Shown here piece after piece: positions 32,083-44,203 of a DNA stretch of 64,000 nucleotides; positions within the stretch are counted from its first letter, which is position 1, and each line of letters starts with the position of its first letter. Made by a program: the position numbers and the translations under genes. Source of the DNA: an uncultured Planctomycetota bacterium (GTDB lineage Bacteria; Planctomycetota; Planctomycetia; Isosphaerales; Isosphaeraceae). The stretch spans positions 224,001 to 288,000 of the forward strand of contig CAWJTV010000013.1 of the NCBI GenBank assembly GCA_963845755.1, given 5' to 3'. The notes beneath the pieces were generated by a model. It was not told the origin of the DNA. It did no database searches and saw only the letters and a program-made list of their open reading frames with translations.

Positions 32083-34097
32083 ATGGGTACGCTCGACGCG
32101 ATTCAGGGGCTATCGGATGGGGAGTTCCACAGGCTTGGAGACGACCTTCTACGGAAGCTCGACGCCCGATACCGGCGGCTCCGCACACACGGCCTCAATG
32201 ACCGTGGAGAGAGCATCAAGGGGCAGCCGGATTCCTATGTCGGTGACACGGCTACGACGTGTAGTGTGGCGGTCTGCTATACCGTAGAAAAAAAGGGGTG
32301 GTGGACCAAGGTCGTAGACGACGTTCGTGAAGCCGTCGCTGTTTCGCCGATGGTCAAAGAGATCGTTGTGGTCATCCCGCACAACGCCGACCGGGACGGA
32401 CCGAAGGTTAAGAGCATCGACTGGCTCTCAAACGCACGTACGGCGGCCGGGACGGCGAGTCTCCGTGTGATCGACGGGCGGGAGATCAGCCGAGAACTGG
32501 ACACAGACCACCAGGACCTTCGTTACATACATCTCGGGATTCCCTATTCTCGTCTCTCCGGCCAGAGCATCCTCGCCGGTTGCCAGGCCGCATCCCTGAA
32601 GGTCATCGATTCGATCAAGGCGAGTGGTCGATACGACCCCGGTCGTTATGTCCCGAGGTCCGCCGACGGGGAATTGTACAGGCTCTGGCAGGCGGCCGCC
32701 CGACACGGTTTCGACAACGAGCGACGAGTCGGCCCCGTCCGGTTGATTGCTCTGGTAAGTGATTCCGGCCTCGGGAAGACTAGCCTCATGTGCGAGTTTA
32801 CCCTCAAGCTCGGGCGGGTGCTCCCGGTGTTGCTCGTCCAGGCTCGGGATCTGCTGCTCGGGACCGAGAACAGCCTGGTCGCCCACGCGGTCCATGACAT
32901 CCAGGGCTTTCTCGACCCGGCCGCACGAGTAAACGAGGAAGCCGCCCTGTGCAAACACCTGTCTGGCTCCGTGTCGCTTACCGTCGTCCTGGATGGGCTG
33001 GATGAGGCGCACCACCCGGATGCCATCAGAAGAATGATCTCGAACTGGTTGGGGTCCAGGCTGGGTCAATCCAGCATCTTGATAGTCACTTCACGGCGGG
33101 AGTTCTGGAGGACATGTGTAGACCGCTCCTGGGAGCGATGGATGCCGTCCACGACCCATGAAGACCGCTTATCCATCAAGATTGCCGAACCTATGCAGTC
33201 CGAGCGGAGCGATCCAGTCGCCGGCATCCGGCTACCGGACCGATTCACTGATGACGAACTCGATGCAGCCTGGTTACGGGCGGCCCAGCCTCGGCAGGAA
33301 TTGTTCGCATTTTCAGACGAAGTCAGGGCGGAACTTCGCCACCCGTTCACGCTCCGGGTGTTCCTCGACCTCCGCAGCAAAGGCGACCCTCTGCCCGGAC
33401 CCTGACGAGGGCGGCTCTCCTCGAGTGCTGGTTGGACCGCCGGCTCGCCGCCGAGGCAGAGGCGATGCCGAGGGAGCGGATCACCCGCAGCCACTTCCAG
33501 CAAGCGCTCCGTGTCGTGGCGCGTCGCCTCGCCGATGCGAACTCGGGCTCCGTGTCCGTTGACGAGTTGACGGGAGTTCCTTACTTCAATCCAGCCAAGC
33601 CGCCTGGGCTGGTTGTTCAACGCCTAATCGAGGCCAGCATCCTGGAAAGTCTACCAGGCCGACCGGATCGGGTCCGTTTCTCCGTCGAGGCGGTCCAGGA
33701 TTACTACCAGGCGGAGGTGGACATCGAGGAGATCAAGGCTGATCCCAGTCGGATGGCGGAGGTCTATTCACGCCTCCAGTTCACAACGGCCTATCTCAGG
33801 CTGCTGCGGATCGGGCACAGCCAGGTCGGCGGGGGGGACCTGGACGAGTTTGCCCGTCGCCTGGCGGAGTTGAATGCCTGGATGGCAGCCGTCGTATTGC
33901 GGCCGGCCCCCCACCGATTCTCCCCGGACATCAGGGCGAGGATCGCCGACGAACTCGGTCAGCAGATATCGTCGCGTCACCGTGCCCGGGCAGCGATGGC
34001 GATAACTATGCTCGGAGAGGTTGATTGTCAGGAATCCGCCGAGACTTTGGCGGCTCACCTTCTCCCGCCGTCCGACGCTCATCCCGATTTTAAACGC
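32083..34097 (+). pseudogene. 5' part of Avs-like STAND/NACHT ATPase with N-terminal restriction-endonuclease-like domain; frameshift near 33403; interrupted by RIT element
   Basis: EFHRLGDDLL..KGQPDSY..YT..KVVDD; Walker A SDSGLGKTS, Walker B VVLDGLDE, IVTSR, LRHPF.L. Confidence 0.75.
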
Positions 34098-34314
34098 TTA
34101 TGTTGTCGCTCTCGTTATGTGGCAGCTACCCGCTTTTTCCGAGGACCTCAGGCCGTGGCCAGCGCAGACACCACATAAGTTCGCATGCTGTCACGCCAAC
34201 TCATGCAAGGACTCGCGATCGCGGTTTTACCGGAAACCCTGGCCCCTCCTTGGTTCGTTATTGGCCCTTCGCTGCACTGGCTTGGGCGGGGCGGGCCGGC
34301 TTCGCCGGACCTGC

Positions 34315-34566
34315 TGCCGATGGCAGTTGGTATTTGAGCAGTTGGAGCCGCTCGTCGATGGACCGTGCCAGGCCGAGCTAGCGGTCAAGCATCTGGATGG
34401 CGCCGATGCCACCGCAGGCGATGCCCCGAGTCTTCGCGGCGCCCTCGTAATGAATGTTGGAGGCGGTGAAGACTAGCTCGGGCGAACGGGCGGTGACCAG
34501 CCTGTCGAGCCGCAGGCAGATTTTCCGCTTGCCGACGGCGTGGTGGCGGTGTGGAATCGTATTCAC
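34315..34566 (-). pseudogene. IS1380-family transposase N-terminal remnant
   Basis: FTASNIHYE..RGIACGGIGAI...LGLARSIDERLQLLK with internal stop; AGGAGG RBS. Confidence 0.6.
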
Positions 34567-34740
34567 TCGAAGCCTCCTTGTAGGTTCGGCTGTGGGATCG
34601 GTGTAGGTCGGTCTAATGTGCTGGAAACGCCGGGAGATCACGAGTTTTTCACTGGTTGCCCGGACGCGACCGGCCACCCCAATCTCGCGAATGGCGCATG
34701 GAGGCGAAACCCCGTGGAGCAGGCCGAAGGTGCACCGGCC

Positions 34741-37541
34741 ATGAGCATCACATCCGACCTTGTCGAAGCGTACTCCCTCTGTCCAAGGAAAGCATTCCTG
34801 CTGATGACGGGGGCGACAACAGACCCCGGTCCGCACGCCTATGAACTGCTCATCCGAGAGCAGGCGGAGGCCAACCGCCAAGCCCACCACGTCCGCCTGG
34901 CGAATACCAATGAGGTCGTCATCGCCAGCGGCCCGGCCGACCTGACGGCGGGCCGGGATGTACTCGCGGACGCGGAACTGGCGATCAGCGGCCTCCAAGC
35001 CCACTTCGACTTTCTCGCGAAAGTGCACGAGCCCTTGCGGCGGGGACGGAGCTTCTACGAGCCGATGAGGGTCATCGGCACTTACAAAGCGTCAAGGACG
35101 GACGCCCTCGGCTTTGCCTACGAGGCTCTTGTCCTTGGCGAAGTGCAGGGGCGGAAGCCGGCCTCGGGCGCGCTGGCTCGGCTGGGCGGCCGCCTCTGCG
35201 AGGTGCAGTTCGCCAGCAGGTATAAAGAGGTGCGGCGGATCGTCGAGACGCTGCGGGCATGGGCAGCGCAACCCGCTGGTGAACACCCCGCCAGTGGTCG
35301 CTGAACAAGCACTGCCCGAGCTGCCCCTTCCGGGCCGCCTGCCTGAGCAGGCGGAGAAGGAAGACAATCTGAGCCTGCTGGACCGGATGACGCCGAAGTT
35401 GATGCGGAAGTATCACGACAAGGGCATCTTCACGGTCCGGCAACTGTCCCACATCTACAAGCCGAGGAGGAGCAGAAAGAAGGCCAGACGGCAGGCGCGG
35501 CACAACTTGGAGTTACAAGCTCTGGCAATCAGGACGGGGAAGGTCCATGTCGAGCACCTGCCCGACCTGCCACGCGGGTCCGTCGAGTTGTTCTTGGATC
35601 TCGAGGGTCTCCCGGACCGCGACTCGTACTATTTGGCCGGACTTCTCGTGTGCAGGGAGATGGCGAGGCCGAGTACGAGCCCTTCTGGGCCGATGACGAG
35701 AACAGACGAGGCCGCGATGTGGTCAGCCCTGGTCAATCGGTTGGAGACGTTCCCCGACGCCCCGATCTACCACTACGGCAACTACGAGAAGAAGGCGTTC
35801 GCCACGCTGACGAAGCGGCACGGCAAAGGCGGCGGGCTTGCTGAGCGCTTGGTCAACGTGGCATCGTCCGTGTACGGCAAAGTCTACTTCCCGGTGCGGT
35901 CGAACGGGCTGAAGCAACTGGGCAGGTTCCTGGGGGCCGTTTGGGCCGACCCGCAGGCATCGGGCTTGCAAAGCCTGGTCTGGCGGCACCGCTGGGAGAT
36001 CGACGCGGGACGAGGCGTTTAAGCGGTTCCTGCTCCAGTACAACTACGAGGATTGCGAGGCCGCTCGTCTGCTGGTCGAACGCTTGGACCAGATCAAGCG
36101 GGAGGCCGCGTCGGATCCGGTGATCGAATTCGCCAGCCGGCCGAAGCGACACGCGACCGAAACCGGAAAGGCACTCCACAGCCAGTTCGAGCAGATCTTG
36201 AAGTCCGCACAGATTGAATTCGCCGGTCAGGGAATCCGTATCGCGAGAGACAAGAGATATGGGGGAGCGAATGCCTGCGGAAGAAACGGAGCGCGCGAAA
36301 CGGACACCAGACTTACCGCCGGATCATGTCTAAAGGCCAGCCGGACTGTCTCCGTGGAACCGCGGCAGCAGATGCCCAAAGCACAATGTGGTGATCTCGT
36401 GCCGAAACCGAACAAGCTCGGCCGAGAGAACCGTCATCGACCTCGTGTTTTCCAAGAACGGTTGCCGGAAGACAATCACGCGGTACGTCGGGTCAATAGA
36501 GGTTACTGCCGATGTGATGCGGAGCCCTACAGACCAGAAGGATTTCGCGGCTGGCAACAAGGCCTTCGGGCACGGGTTCCAGGTCTGGGCCGTTTACCAA
36601 CGGATCGTGCTTCGGCTGCCCTACGCGATCATTGCTCAGGTCATGGAGCACTTCTTCGGCGTCGGCGCTCGGCATCATCCAGCATCATCGACTTCCTCGG
36701 GAACCTTGCCGGTTTCTACTCGGAAACCGAGGCCGCCCTTCTCCGGGCGATCCGGAAGAGCGACTTCGTCCACGTCGATGAAACCAAAATCAACATCGAG
36801 GGTGTGGCCCACTACGTTTGGGTGTTCACCGACGGGCAACACGTCGTGTTCCGTATGACGGAGACACGAGAGGCCGATATCGTTCGCGAGGTGCTGGCCG
36901 ACTACAAGGGCGTATTGGTCAGCGATTTTTACTCCGGCTACGACGGAATTCCGTGCCGTCAACAGAAGTGCCTCGTTCACCTCATCCGCGACATCAACGA
37001 CGACCTCTGGAAGGCTCCCTTCGAGAAGGAACTGGAGGCGTTCGTCCGTGGAGGTCCAGACCCTTCTCGTGCCGATCCTAGGAAGCAGTGGATCGCTTCG
37101 GATTGAAAACCCGGCACCTTCGGAAGTTCAACAAGGAAGTAGAACGATTCTACGAGAAGAACATTTCTGGAAGGGAGTACGCGTCGGAGTCAGTGCGAGA
37201 CATACCGAGAAGCGGTTCGACCGCTACCGGAACAACCTGTTCACCTTTCTAAACGAGGACGGAATCCCCTGGGAGAACAACATGGCGGAGAGGGCGATTC
37301 GGCAACTGGCCGTGCAGCGGAAGATCTCGGGATCGTTCTTCAAGCGGGTCGGTCCCGCACTACTTGCTGCTGCTGGCCATCTCGCAGACGTGCCGCTTCC
37401 AGGAGCAAGTCGTTCCTGAAGTTCCTGTTGTCGAAGGAGACCGACATGGATTCGTTTCGGCAGAGAAGGCTAGTCCGTTATTCCTACGCCGCCGGCAGCC
37501 AGAGGGTCATGCCGGAACCGCCACCAGGTCAGACAGTTTAA
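34741..37541 (+). CDS. TM0106/Cas4-like nuclease + RNase H-like exonuclease + IS66 DDE transposase fusion (many frameshifts)
   Basis: AYSLCPRKAFL; LNKHCPSCPFRAAC (35301-35342); FLDLEG, YHYGNYE, SNGLK, YNYEDC; VHVDET, VSDFY, QKCLVHLIRD, NNMAERAIR. Confidence 0.75.
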
Positions 37542-37840
37542 ACGAGCGAGGTCTGGGCATTGACAGCACCATGCATCGAGAAAACTACAGGGCATCCCGA
37601 GACGATGGTTTTCGGCGAGGCAGCTCACTCGAAACTACCCCTTTAACCTCAGAAGTGATTCGGAGTCCATTCCCCTGGTTTTCTGGACCAGAAGTGGCAG
37701 TCAACCATGTATCACAGCGAGCATCTCGCTTGTTTCAGGTCTAACTTGAAGGGAGTCCAATGGTGGCTCATGCCCCAGAAAAAGCTCGGAGAGCATGCAC
37801 AAAGATCTTCTCGGTCGCCATCAAGACGCGAACGAGACGC

Positions 37841-38856
37841 TTACAACGTCCGCAGGAATGCCATGACATCCTTCTGTTCACGCCAAGGTTTCCGATGCTC
37901 CTCGCCACCAACTTCGCAGTTCGCCAGGGCCTTGGCCTTCATTTCCAGATCTACTTCCGCATAGACGTTCGTCGTCTTTAGCGAGACGTGGCCGAGCCAG
38001 GCACGGATCGTGTTGATGTCCACCCCGGCACGCAGCAGGTGCATCGCCGTCGTGTGCCGGATCGTGTGCGGGCTGACGCGTTTGTTTGCCACCGACGGCA
38101 TCGTCGCTGCGACCACTTGCCGCGTATCGCTCCACCAGCGCATGAATTCCAAACCGCGTCAGCGGTTGGCCTCGACGGTTGAGGAAGACGGGTTCCTGAA
38201 GGGGCACGACCGCTCACCAAGGGAATCAACTCGTTGACTGTCCTGGCCCACAGCGGGCAGCGGCGTTGCTTGTTCCCCTTGCCGTGGATCAGGACCGATG
38301 AGGGATCTCGCTCCGGTGTCTGACCCAGGTCGAGGTCAGCGACCCGGACCTGGGCCGCCTCGTCCGCGCGAGCACCCGGTGTTGTAAAGGAACAGCAGCA
38401 GGGCGTGATCCCGCCGACTCTGGGCCTTGCTCGTATCCGGTGCCGCCAGCAGGGCGTCCATCTCCGCCTTCTCCAGGTAGCTCACCAACGGCCGGGGCGC
38501 TTTCTTGAACGGGATGGAACGGATTTCCCCGCACCACTGGACGTGTTCCGGGCTGCGCTGCACCGACGAAGTGCGCCAGGGAGCGGATCGCCGCCAGACG
38601 CTGATTGCGCGTCGCCGCGCCACAGCCCCGCTTCTCGCCCAGTTCGCCCAGGAAGGCCCGAACCCGGACGGCCGAGAGGTCCTCGACCTGGAGCCGGTCA
38701 ATCCCCTTGCGGACTCGCTGTGCGGCAAAGGGCAGGAGCAGCCGCAAGGTGTCGCGGTAGCTCCGCTGGGTGTTGCGCGCGAGGTTCCGCTCGGCGACGA
38801 GGTGCTCGAGCAGGAAAACGCCGCACCCACGGCCCGAGCAAGGCGGCGTCAGTCAT
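37841..38856 (-). CDS. ritC: RIT tyrosine recombinase C (frameshifted)
   Basis: ATRNQRLAAIRS, RDHALLLFLYNTG, SPHTIRHTTAMHLL, IRAWLGHVSLKTTNVYA. Confidence 0.85.
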
Positions 38857-39802
38857 GGCTACCCTCCTTTCCCGCGTAGCACTCGAAGCGTCCATTGGCT
38901 TCCGCCAGCAACTCCGGCGTCATGCTCAGATAGACCTGCGTGGCGGCGAAGTAGACATGCCCCAGGTAGACCGACAGCTGGGGCAGCAACTTCTGCACAT
39001 CAACCCCCTGCCGATACCAGGACGTCAACCGGTGGACCGCGAAGGTGTGACGCAGGTCGTGCAGCCGCGGCTGGTAGCGCGCGCCGGCCTGCGCCGGACG
39101 CCGGAGTCCTCACAGACGCGACGGAAGCTATTCATCCATGGTGTCCTTGGCTCACTCGGATGCCATCGCGCATGGTGAAGAACGGAGCCTCTGCTGCGGG
39201 ACTCGGGATGGTGCCGCGCGGCGGCCGAGGTGTACTCGGCCAGGACGCCACCCAATTGCGGGCTGAAGGGGACCAGCCGGGTCTTGAAGAACTTCGTCGT
39301 GGCGGACCGTGAGCAGGGAATCTTCGCCAGATCGACGTCGTCGCGATTCAGGGCAAGCGCCTCGTGGAGACGCAGACCGGCCCCGTAGAACAGCAGGACG
39401 ACAGTGCGAATCGTGATCGGCTCCAGGCGGCTGCGTCGTCGCCGGTAGCAGTCCGTCGCTCGCACGAGGCGACGGATCTCGTCGTGCGTGTAGATGTACG
39501 GGACAAAAGGCGGGGGCCGTTGCGGCAGCACTACGGGCAGGGGCGACGCGGCAACGTAACCACGGGTGATGGCGTAGCGATAGAACCCGAGCAAGGCGGT
39601 GTACCTGATGTACCAGGCGCTGGTGATCGGCCCCTTCCCGTCCAGGAAGGCTTCGACTTGCTCCTGGCCCGGACGTCAGTGACAGTGGCAGACGCACCGA
39701 CGGCACGCCCGAAGGCCCGCAGGAACTGGCGTTGGTCTTGAACCGTTCCCCCAACATCTGGCGATAGGCAATGTAGCGTTCGATCAGTTCTTGCAGGTTC
39801 AT
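38849..39802 (-). CDS. ritB: RIT tyrosine recombinase B (frameshifted)
   Basis: PYIYTHDEI, LFYGAGLR..EAL, TKFFKTRLVP, PRLHDLRHTFAV, LSVYLGH in shifted frames. Confidence 0.85.
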
Positions 39803-41055
39803 AGCAACCCTCCGAGATCGAAGTCGGCAACCTGGCGGAGCCCGCGAGGTCCACCTTGGCGTAGACGCGCGTCGGTCTCCGGGTGGCGGTGGCCGAGGTG
39901 GTCGCCGATCTCCTTGAGTGATAGACCCTGTTTCAGGAGGTGAGTCGCGCAGGCATGGCGAAGGGCATGGGGGCCAAACCGAGCCAGGGAAGGACTCACA
40001 ACGCGCAGGCGTCGCGAGACGATCAGGTAGAGCGTACTTCGGTGCAGTGGGCGGAGTGGGGCATGACAACGTGCGAGGAAGACTTCGCGTAAGGCCGCGC
40101 GTGGCCGCACCTCCTTGAGGTAGCGGAGGATTGCCGCAGCCACGGATCGGGCCAGCGGATAGATCCGAGGCCGACCCGACTTAGAGAGCCGCACGGTAAA
40201 CACCTCCCCGCTCCCAGTCGAAGTCATCCAGCCGGAGTTGGACGACTTCGCTGGCGCGGAGGCCGTAGACGGACAGCAACAGGAGCAGGGCATGATCCCG
40301 GATGTCAACCGGCCGATCTCCCTGGGTCATCGCCAGTGCCCGCCGGACCTCGTCCCAGGTCGGACCGGTGGGAATGGTTTCCTGTCCGAAGACACGGGGG
40401 CCTTTGATGGCGGCTGCCAGTCCGGTGCGACACCAGCCGCGCCTTTCCGCATAGCGGAAAAAGGAGCGTAAGAAACCGGCACAGTCACGCACCGTGGAGC
40501 GGCAGTAGCGACCAGAAGCGACCTGCGCGGCAAGGGCATTGTCGATATGATCGACCGTAATTCCTTGGAGTGAGCCGTTGGTCGGGTTGAGACGGATGAG
40601 TATTATACCGAGGGCCAAGCAACGGCACTCAATGGTGGTGGGCGACAACCCCCTCTCGTTGCGGAGGTACTCGGCAAATGCCGCAATCTCTCCAGCGAAA
40701 GGAACAGGTGTGACAGGTACTGGCTTGAGTCGTCCCAGGAACCGAAGCCAGGCGATGGCGAAGGCGAGAATAAGGTGCGGGCGGTCCGGGCCCCGGCGAT
40801 CCTGCGCGGTCCGGGTTGCTGAGCCCAGAGGATTGCCGTCTGGCCAATCTCGTCGCGCGAGATGAGTTCATCTGTACGATCCGCCAAACGCAAGAGTCGA
40901 GCAATCACGAGCAGATAGTGGGCTCTGCACCGTAAGTCGGTGCGACGCATCCCGAGCTCGGCCAGATGAGCAAGGTAGCGGAGCCGCTCCTCGAGCAAGG
41001 GACCAGCGCGATGGAGTGCTACATAGCGGGGACGCTCGAATAGTTGGTCGAACAA
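39799..41055 (-). CDS. ritA: RIT tyrosine recombinase A (frameshifted)
   Basis: LRSFFRY, RDHALLLLLSVYGLRASEV, GPHALRHACATHLL, KEIGDHLGH; ATGA overlap with ritB. Confidence 0.85.
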
Positions 41056-41197
41056 AGTCGAAACTCCACGGGGGTAGTGAGAAAGGAATCACTTCGACTA
41101 TGGTAATGACGGAATTTATGTGGTCTTCTTGCAAAGGCAAACCTGAGATTGGCCGAGAGTAGTGGCTGGCCGCCACATAATCAGGCACGTCACACAA

Positions 41198-41229
41198 GAG
41201 CTCTTATGTGGTCGACCACATAAGAGCTC
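41198..41229. repeat. Perfect 32-bp palindrome at the RIT end
   Basis: GAGCTCTTATGTGGTCGACCACATAAGAGCTC. Confidence 0.9.
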
Positions 41230-43032
41230 CTCGGAGCAGTGGCGTTTTCCAAACTCGGCTATGTGCCCGCAGCCGAATTCGTGTACCGATGGGAGATGTT
41301 CGGACTCTCAGGCCATGACATCTACATCTTCAAGAAACTCCTGGGAACCATCCGAGGGGCAAACCCAGACTTCCGCAAGACTCTTGCGGAGGTGGCACTC
41401 CAGAAGATCTCAAATCCCAGCGGCGCAGCCGAGCACCTAAAGGCCGTGGCCGTGCTTTCTTCTCTCGGCGATGACCGCCTCGTGGCACACCTGGAGGGCC
41501 GCCTCGCCGAGAACGGCCTGCTCGGTAGGTATGAAAACCATGCCCTGATCGCCCTGGGAACAGATGCAGCGGGGGCCTTGTTCGCCCGCTCCGTGATGGC
41601 GGTCGGGGCAAGGCTCGCCGGACTTCCTAACGACCATGCCAACCACGATGCCCGCAACAGGCTCATCTCCCTCGTCCGTTCTAATACATATGATACGCGT
41701 TACTTGCTAACTCCGGCTTTCGAACCGCATCTCAAAGCACTCATCAAGGCCGACAATCCAGATGTTTCGTGGCTTGCCAGTGCTCTGGCAAAGCGTGGCC
41801 TCATGGCATCGCTACTCTACTCGGCCGTCGTAGTAGGCGATCCGCCAGGCGAGTTGGATTTGCATCGCAACCAACAACGAGCCTGCGTCACCACTGACGT
41901 TTGGCTGGGATGGTGGCGGCAATCCACCGACTCCGGCTTGAGACGAAGACTGCTGGGCCTTCTCCCGCTTTGCCCGAGTGCCGAGGTTGAAAAGATCCTT
42001 ATCGAATGTCTCGATTCGGCCGAACTTCGTGGATCAGCCGCCCGAGAACTCGGAGACTACGGTGTTGTCCGTTCGGCGGCTGATCTGCGGGGAATACTGG
42101 CGGAAGAGATTACTGCGGGCGACCATTGGGGCAGGTACGGAGCGGTCCGTGCTTTGGGTGCCTTGCGAGACGAGGCCGCAGTGCCCCTCTTGGAGAAGAC
42201 CGCGGCAGAGTATCCACTCGACTGGATTGTAGGAGAAGCGGTGTCGAGCCTTGGCCTTATCGGCACTCCGGCGGCGGAATGTGCTTTGGACCGACTCCTT
42301 CAGTGTGGAAAGGCGGGAGAGTTTGAGGAGATGGTCCTCGAAGCCCTGTTATACTGCGGTTCCGCGCCAGCAGTTTCAATCGTTGTGAATCGCGCAAGAT
42401 CGAGAATGGATGGTCCCCGTTGGCTCTGCGATCGCCTCGTCGGGCTTAGCGACTTCCGTGGGTGGAGCCAAGGTGAATACTACACCGACATTTACACCGA
42501 CGAGTTGGTGGACTATCTGACGTCACATTACCAGACGGGCTCGCCAGGACAGGATTGGAAGTTGGGAGAAGCCTTTCGCCAGATCGACAGTCCGGCCGTC
42601 CGGACCTTGCTGCGGAAGTGGGCGGACCGACGAGGATCACCCCAAGATTCGTTGATGCGAGAGAACGGACGCCGACGAATATCCGATGTTTGCCTCGAGG
42701 AATTGAGGGACCGAGGCGATGAATCGGCTATCGATTTTACCCTTGATGGGCGAGCAGAGGATAAGGACAACATTTACGTCCTGGCGACAGCCGACCTCCT
42801 CCGCACATTCCCGGCTACGGCTGTCGCCGAGCGTTTACGCCTGCGGCTGGCCGCAGCGACGACTACATCGCAGGTTGTGCGAATGCTCTGTCTTCTCGGG
42901 AGATTTGGTGAAGCGGCCGATGTAGACCGGGCCAACCGTTTCCTGGACCATCCTGACGACCTGGTGGCGAGCGTTGCCTGTACGACTGTGCTCAGGCTGA
43001 GTGACCCGATGCTCCTACCGGACCGCTGGTGA
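41224..43032 (+). pseudogene. 3' part (HEAT-repeat region) of the interrupted STAND gene
   Basis: Frame opens right at the element end (ELLGAVAFSKLG); HEAT repeats AARELGD, AVRALGALRDEAAVPLL, AVSSLGLIG. Confidence 0.72.
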
Positions 43033-43296
43033 GATATGTAAGGTTGCAGATCGCCCCCATCGAACGCGCCGTTTGAAGAATATCAGGTAGGGGCAGGTCG
43101 AATGGACGCCTCTCGGAGGTCCTCGAACATTCGAGATCGACTACGTGAAGGACAACGCGCTGGAGGGGTATTGCTGAGAAACGACCAAACTCCACAGGAC
43201 GACGGTCGGCAAGGCGACCGTGGCGCGGTGGAAAAGACGGGTTGGCTCGCTGCAGTTGCCTCGGGTGCTCTCGCGGGTTGGGTGCGCCCGAGGAAG

Positions 43297-43345
43297 ACCC
43301 CTCACCCGCCCTTCGGGCACCCTCTCGCCCTGCGGGGGCAAGGGA
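43297..43345. repeat. REP-like hairpin (CCCCTCACCCGCCCTTCGGGCACCCTCTC...)
   Basis: GC-rich hairpin motif with TTCG loop. Confidence 0.5.
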
Positions 43346-43362
43346 TTGGAACACGCCGCACT

Positions 43363-43656
43363 TCAAGAAGCGATCACGTACCTCGAGGCGGATTGCGGGG
43401 GTCGAGGGCGCCTCGTGGATGTTGGACAGCCGGGGCCTGAGCCGCACGGACGAAGCGAGGGTACGAGGTGGCCCTCGACGAGCTTGATGAGCTTATCGAG
43501 GTCCGTCTTCTTCTTCAAACCCAGTGCCGTGCGGAGGCCGACGGGCTCATGGAGGGCGTGCTCGTAGAACGCCTCGGCGGTGGCGATGCCGTAGCGACTC
43601 TCGAGGAGCTGGGCACTCTCCGCTGGGAAGGTCGGGATTTCGTCGAGGTATTTCAC
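43363..43656 (-). pseudogene. Short hypothetical protein or fragment
   Basis: KYLDEIPTFP..AQLLESRYGIATAEAF reads protein-like for about 65 aa, then degenerates. Confidence 0.35.
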
Positions 43657-43900
43657 GGGCCTGGCTCTTGGGGATGAATGTCCCATCCTGCATTGTATGA
43701 CTTGCCCCCCTCTGCGTCACCCACACCGATTCGCTTCACGCTGAACCGGCGTGGCTGGTCGTTGGGGTTCGGTGGGCCGGTCGTCGGCCTGCCCGCCGAT
43801 TCCGTGAGCGCTCTGGCAAATCCGGGGGTTCGTGGGGACAATCGACGCTCACGAACGGTCGGAGACCTGGAACGCACTCCAATTCCCGAAGGCCCGCGAG

Positions 43901-44203
43901 ATGTCCACTGCATCGAATGTGTCGGTTGGTCTGATCGCACTCGTGTGGTTCGCGCTGAGCGGGGTGCGCCCGGGCTTCGCCAGCGGCGTGGAGCCCGAGG
44001 GTGCGAGAGGAGAGGCCGCCGCACATCGCGATGTGCACTCGTACGGCAATCCGGATCTGGTGCGGGTCCGGCGGGTCGCGCTCGACCTCAGCGTGGACTT
44101 CGACCGTCGCGAGCTGAAGGGCGAGGCGGTCCTTGACATTCAACGACAAGATGGCGGTCCGCCCGCTCCTGGAGAGATGGGTGGCGAGGCAGAGGGGCCT
44201 TGA
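43901..44203 (+). pseudogene. N-terminal fragment of M1 aminopeptidase (leukotriene A4 hydrolase-like)
   Basis: Signal peptide + RDVHSYGNP..VRVRRVALDLSVDFDRRELKGEAVL, then truncated. Confidence 0.7.

Larger units (their letters stand above)
34097..41224 (-). mobile_element. RIT (recombinase-in-trio) element with about 3.6 kb cargo
   Basis: Three overlapping tyrosine recombinases; mirrored TTATGTGG/CCACATAA motifs at both ends; flanks rejoin into one gene. Confidence 0.75.

Noticed and set aside
34741..35345. Cas4 as evidence for a CRISPR-Cas locus or casposon
   Set aside because: No cas1, polB or array in the window; domain is joined to an IS66-type transposase
41131..41175. AAGGCAAACC as c-di-GMP-I riboswitch
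   Set aside because: Lacks GNRA-capped P2 and downstream GCAAAG; lies within the RIT end
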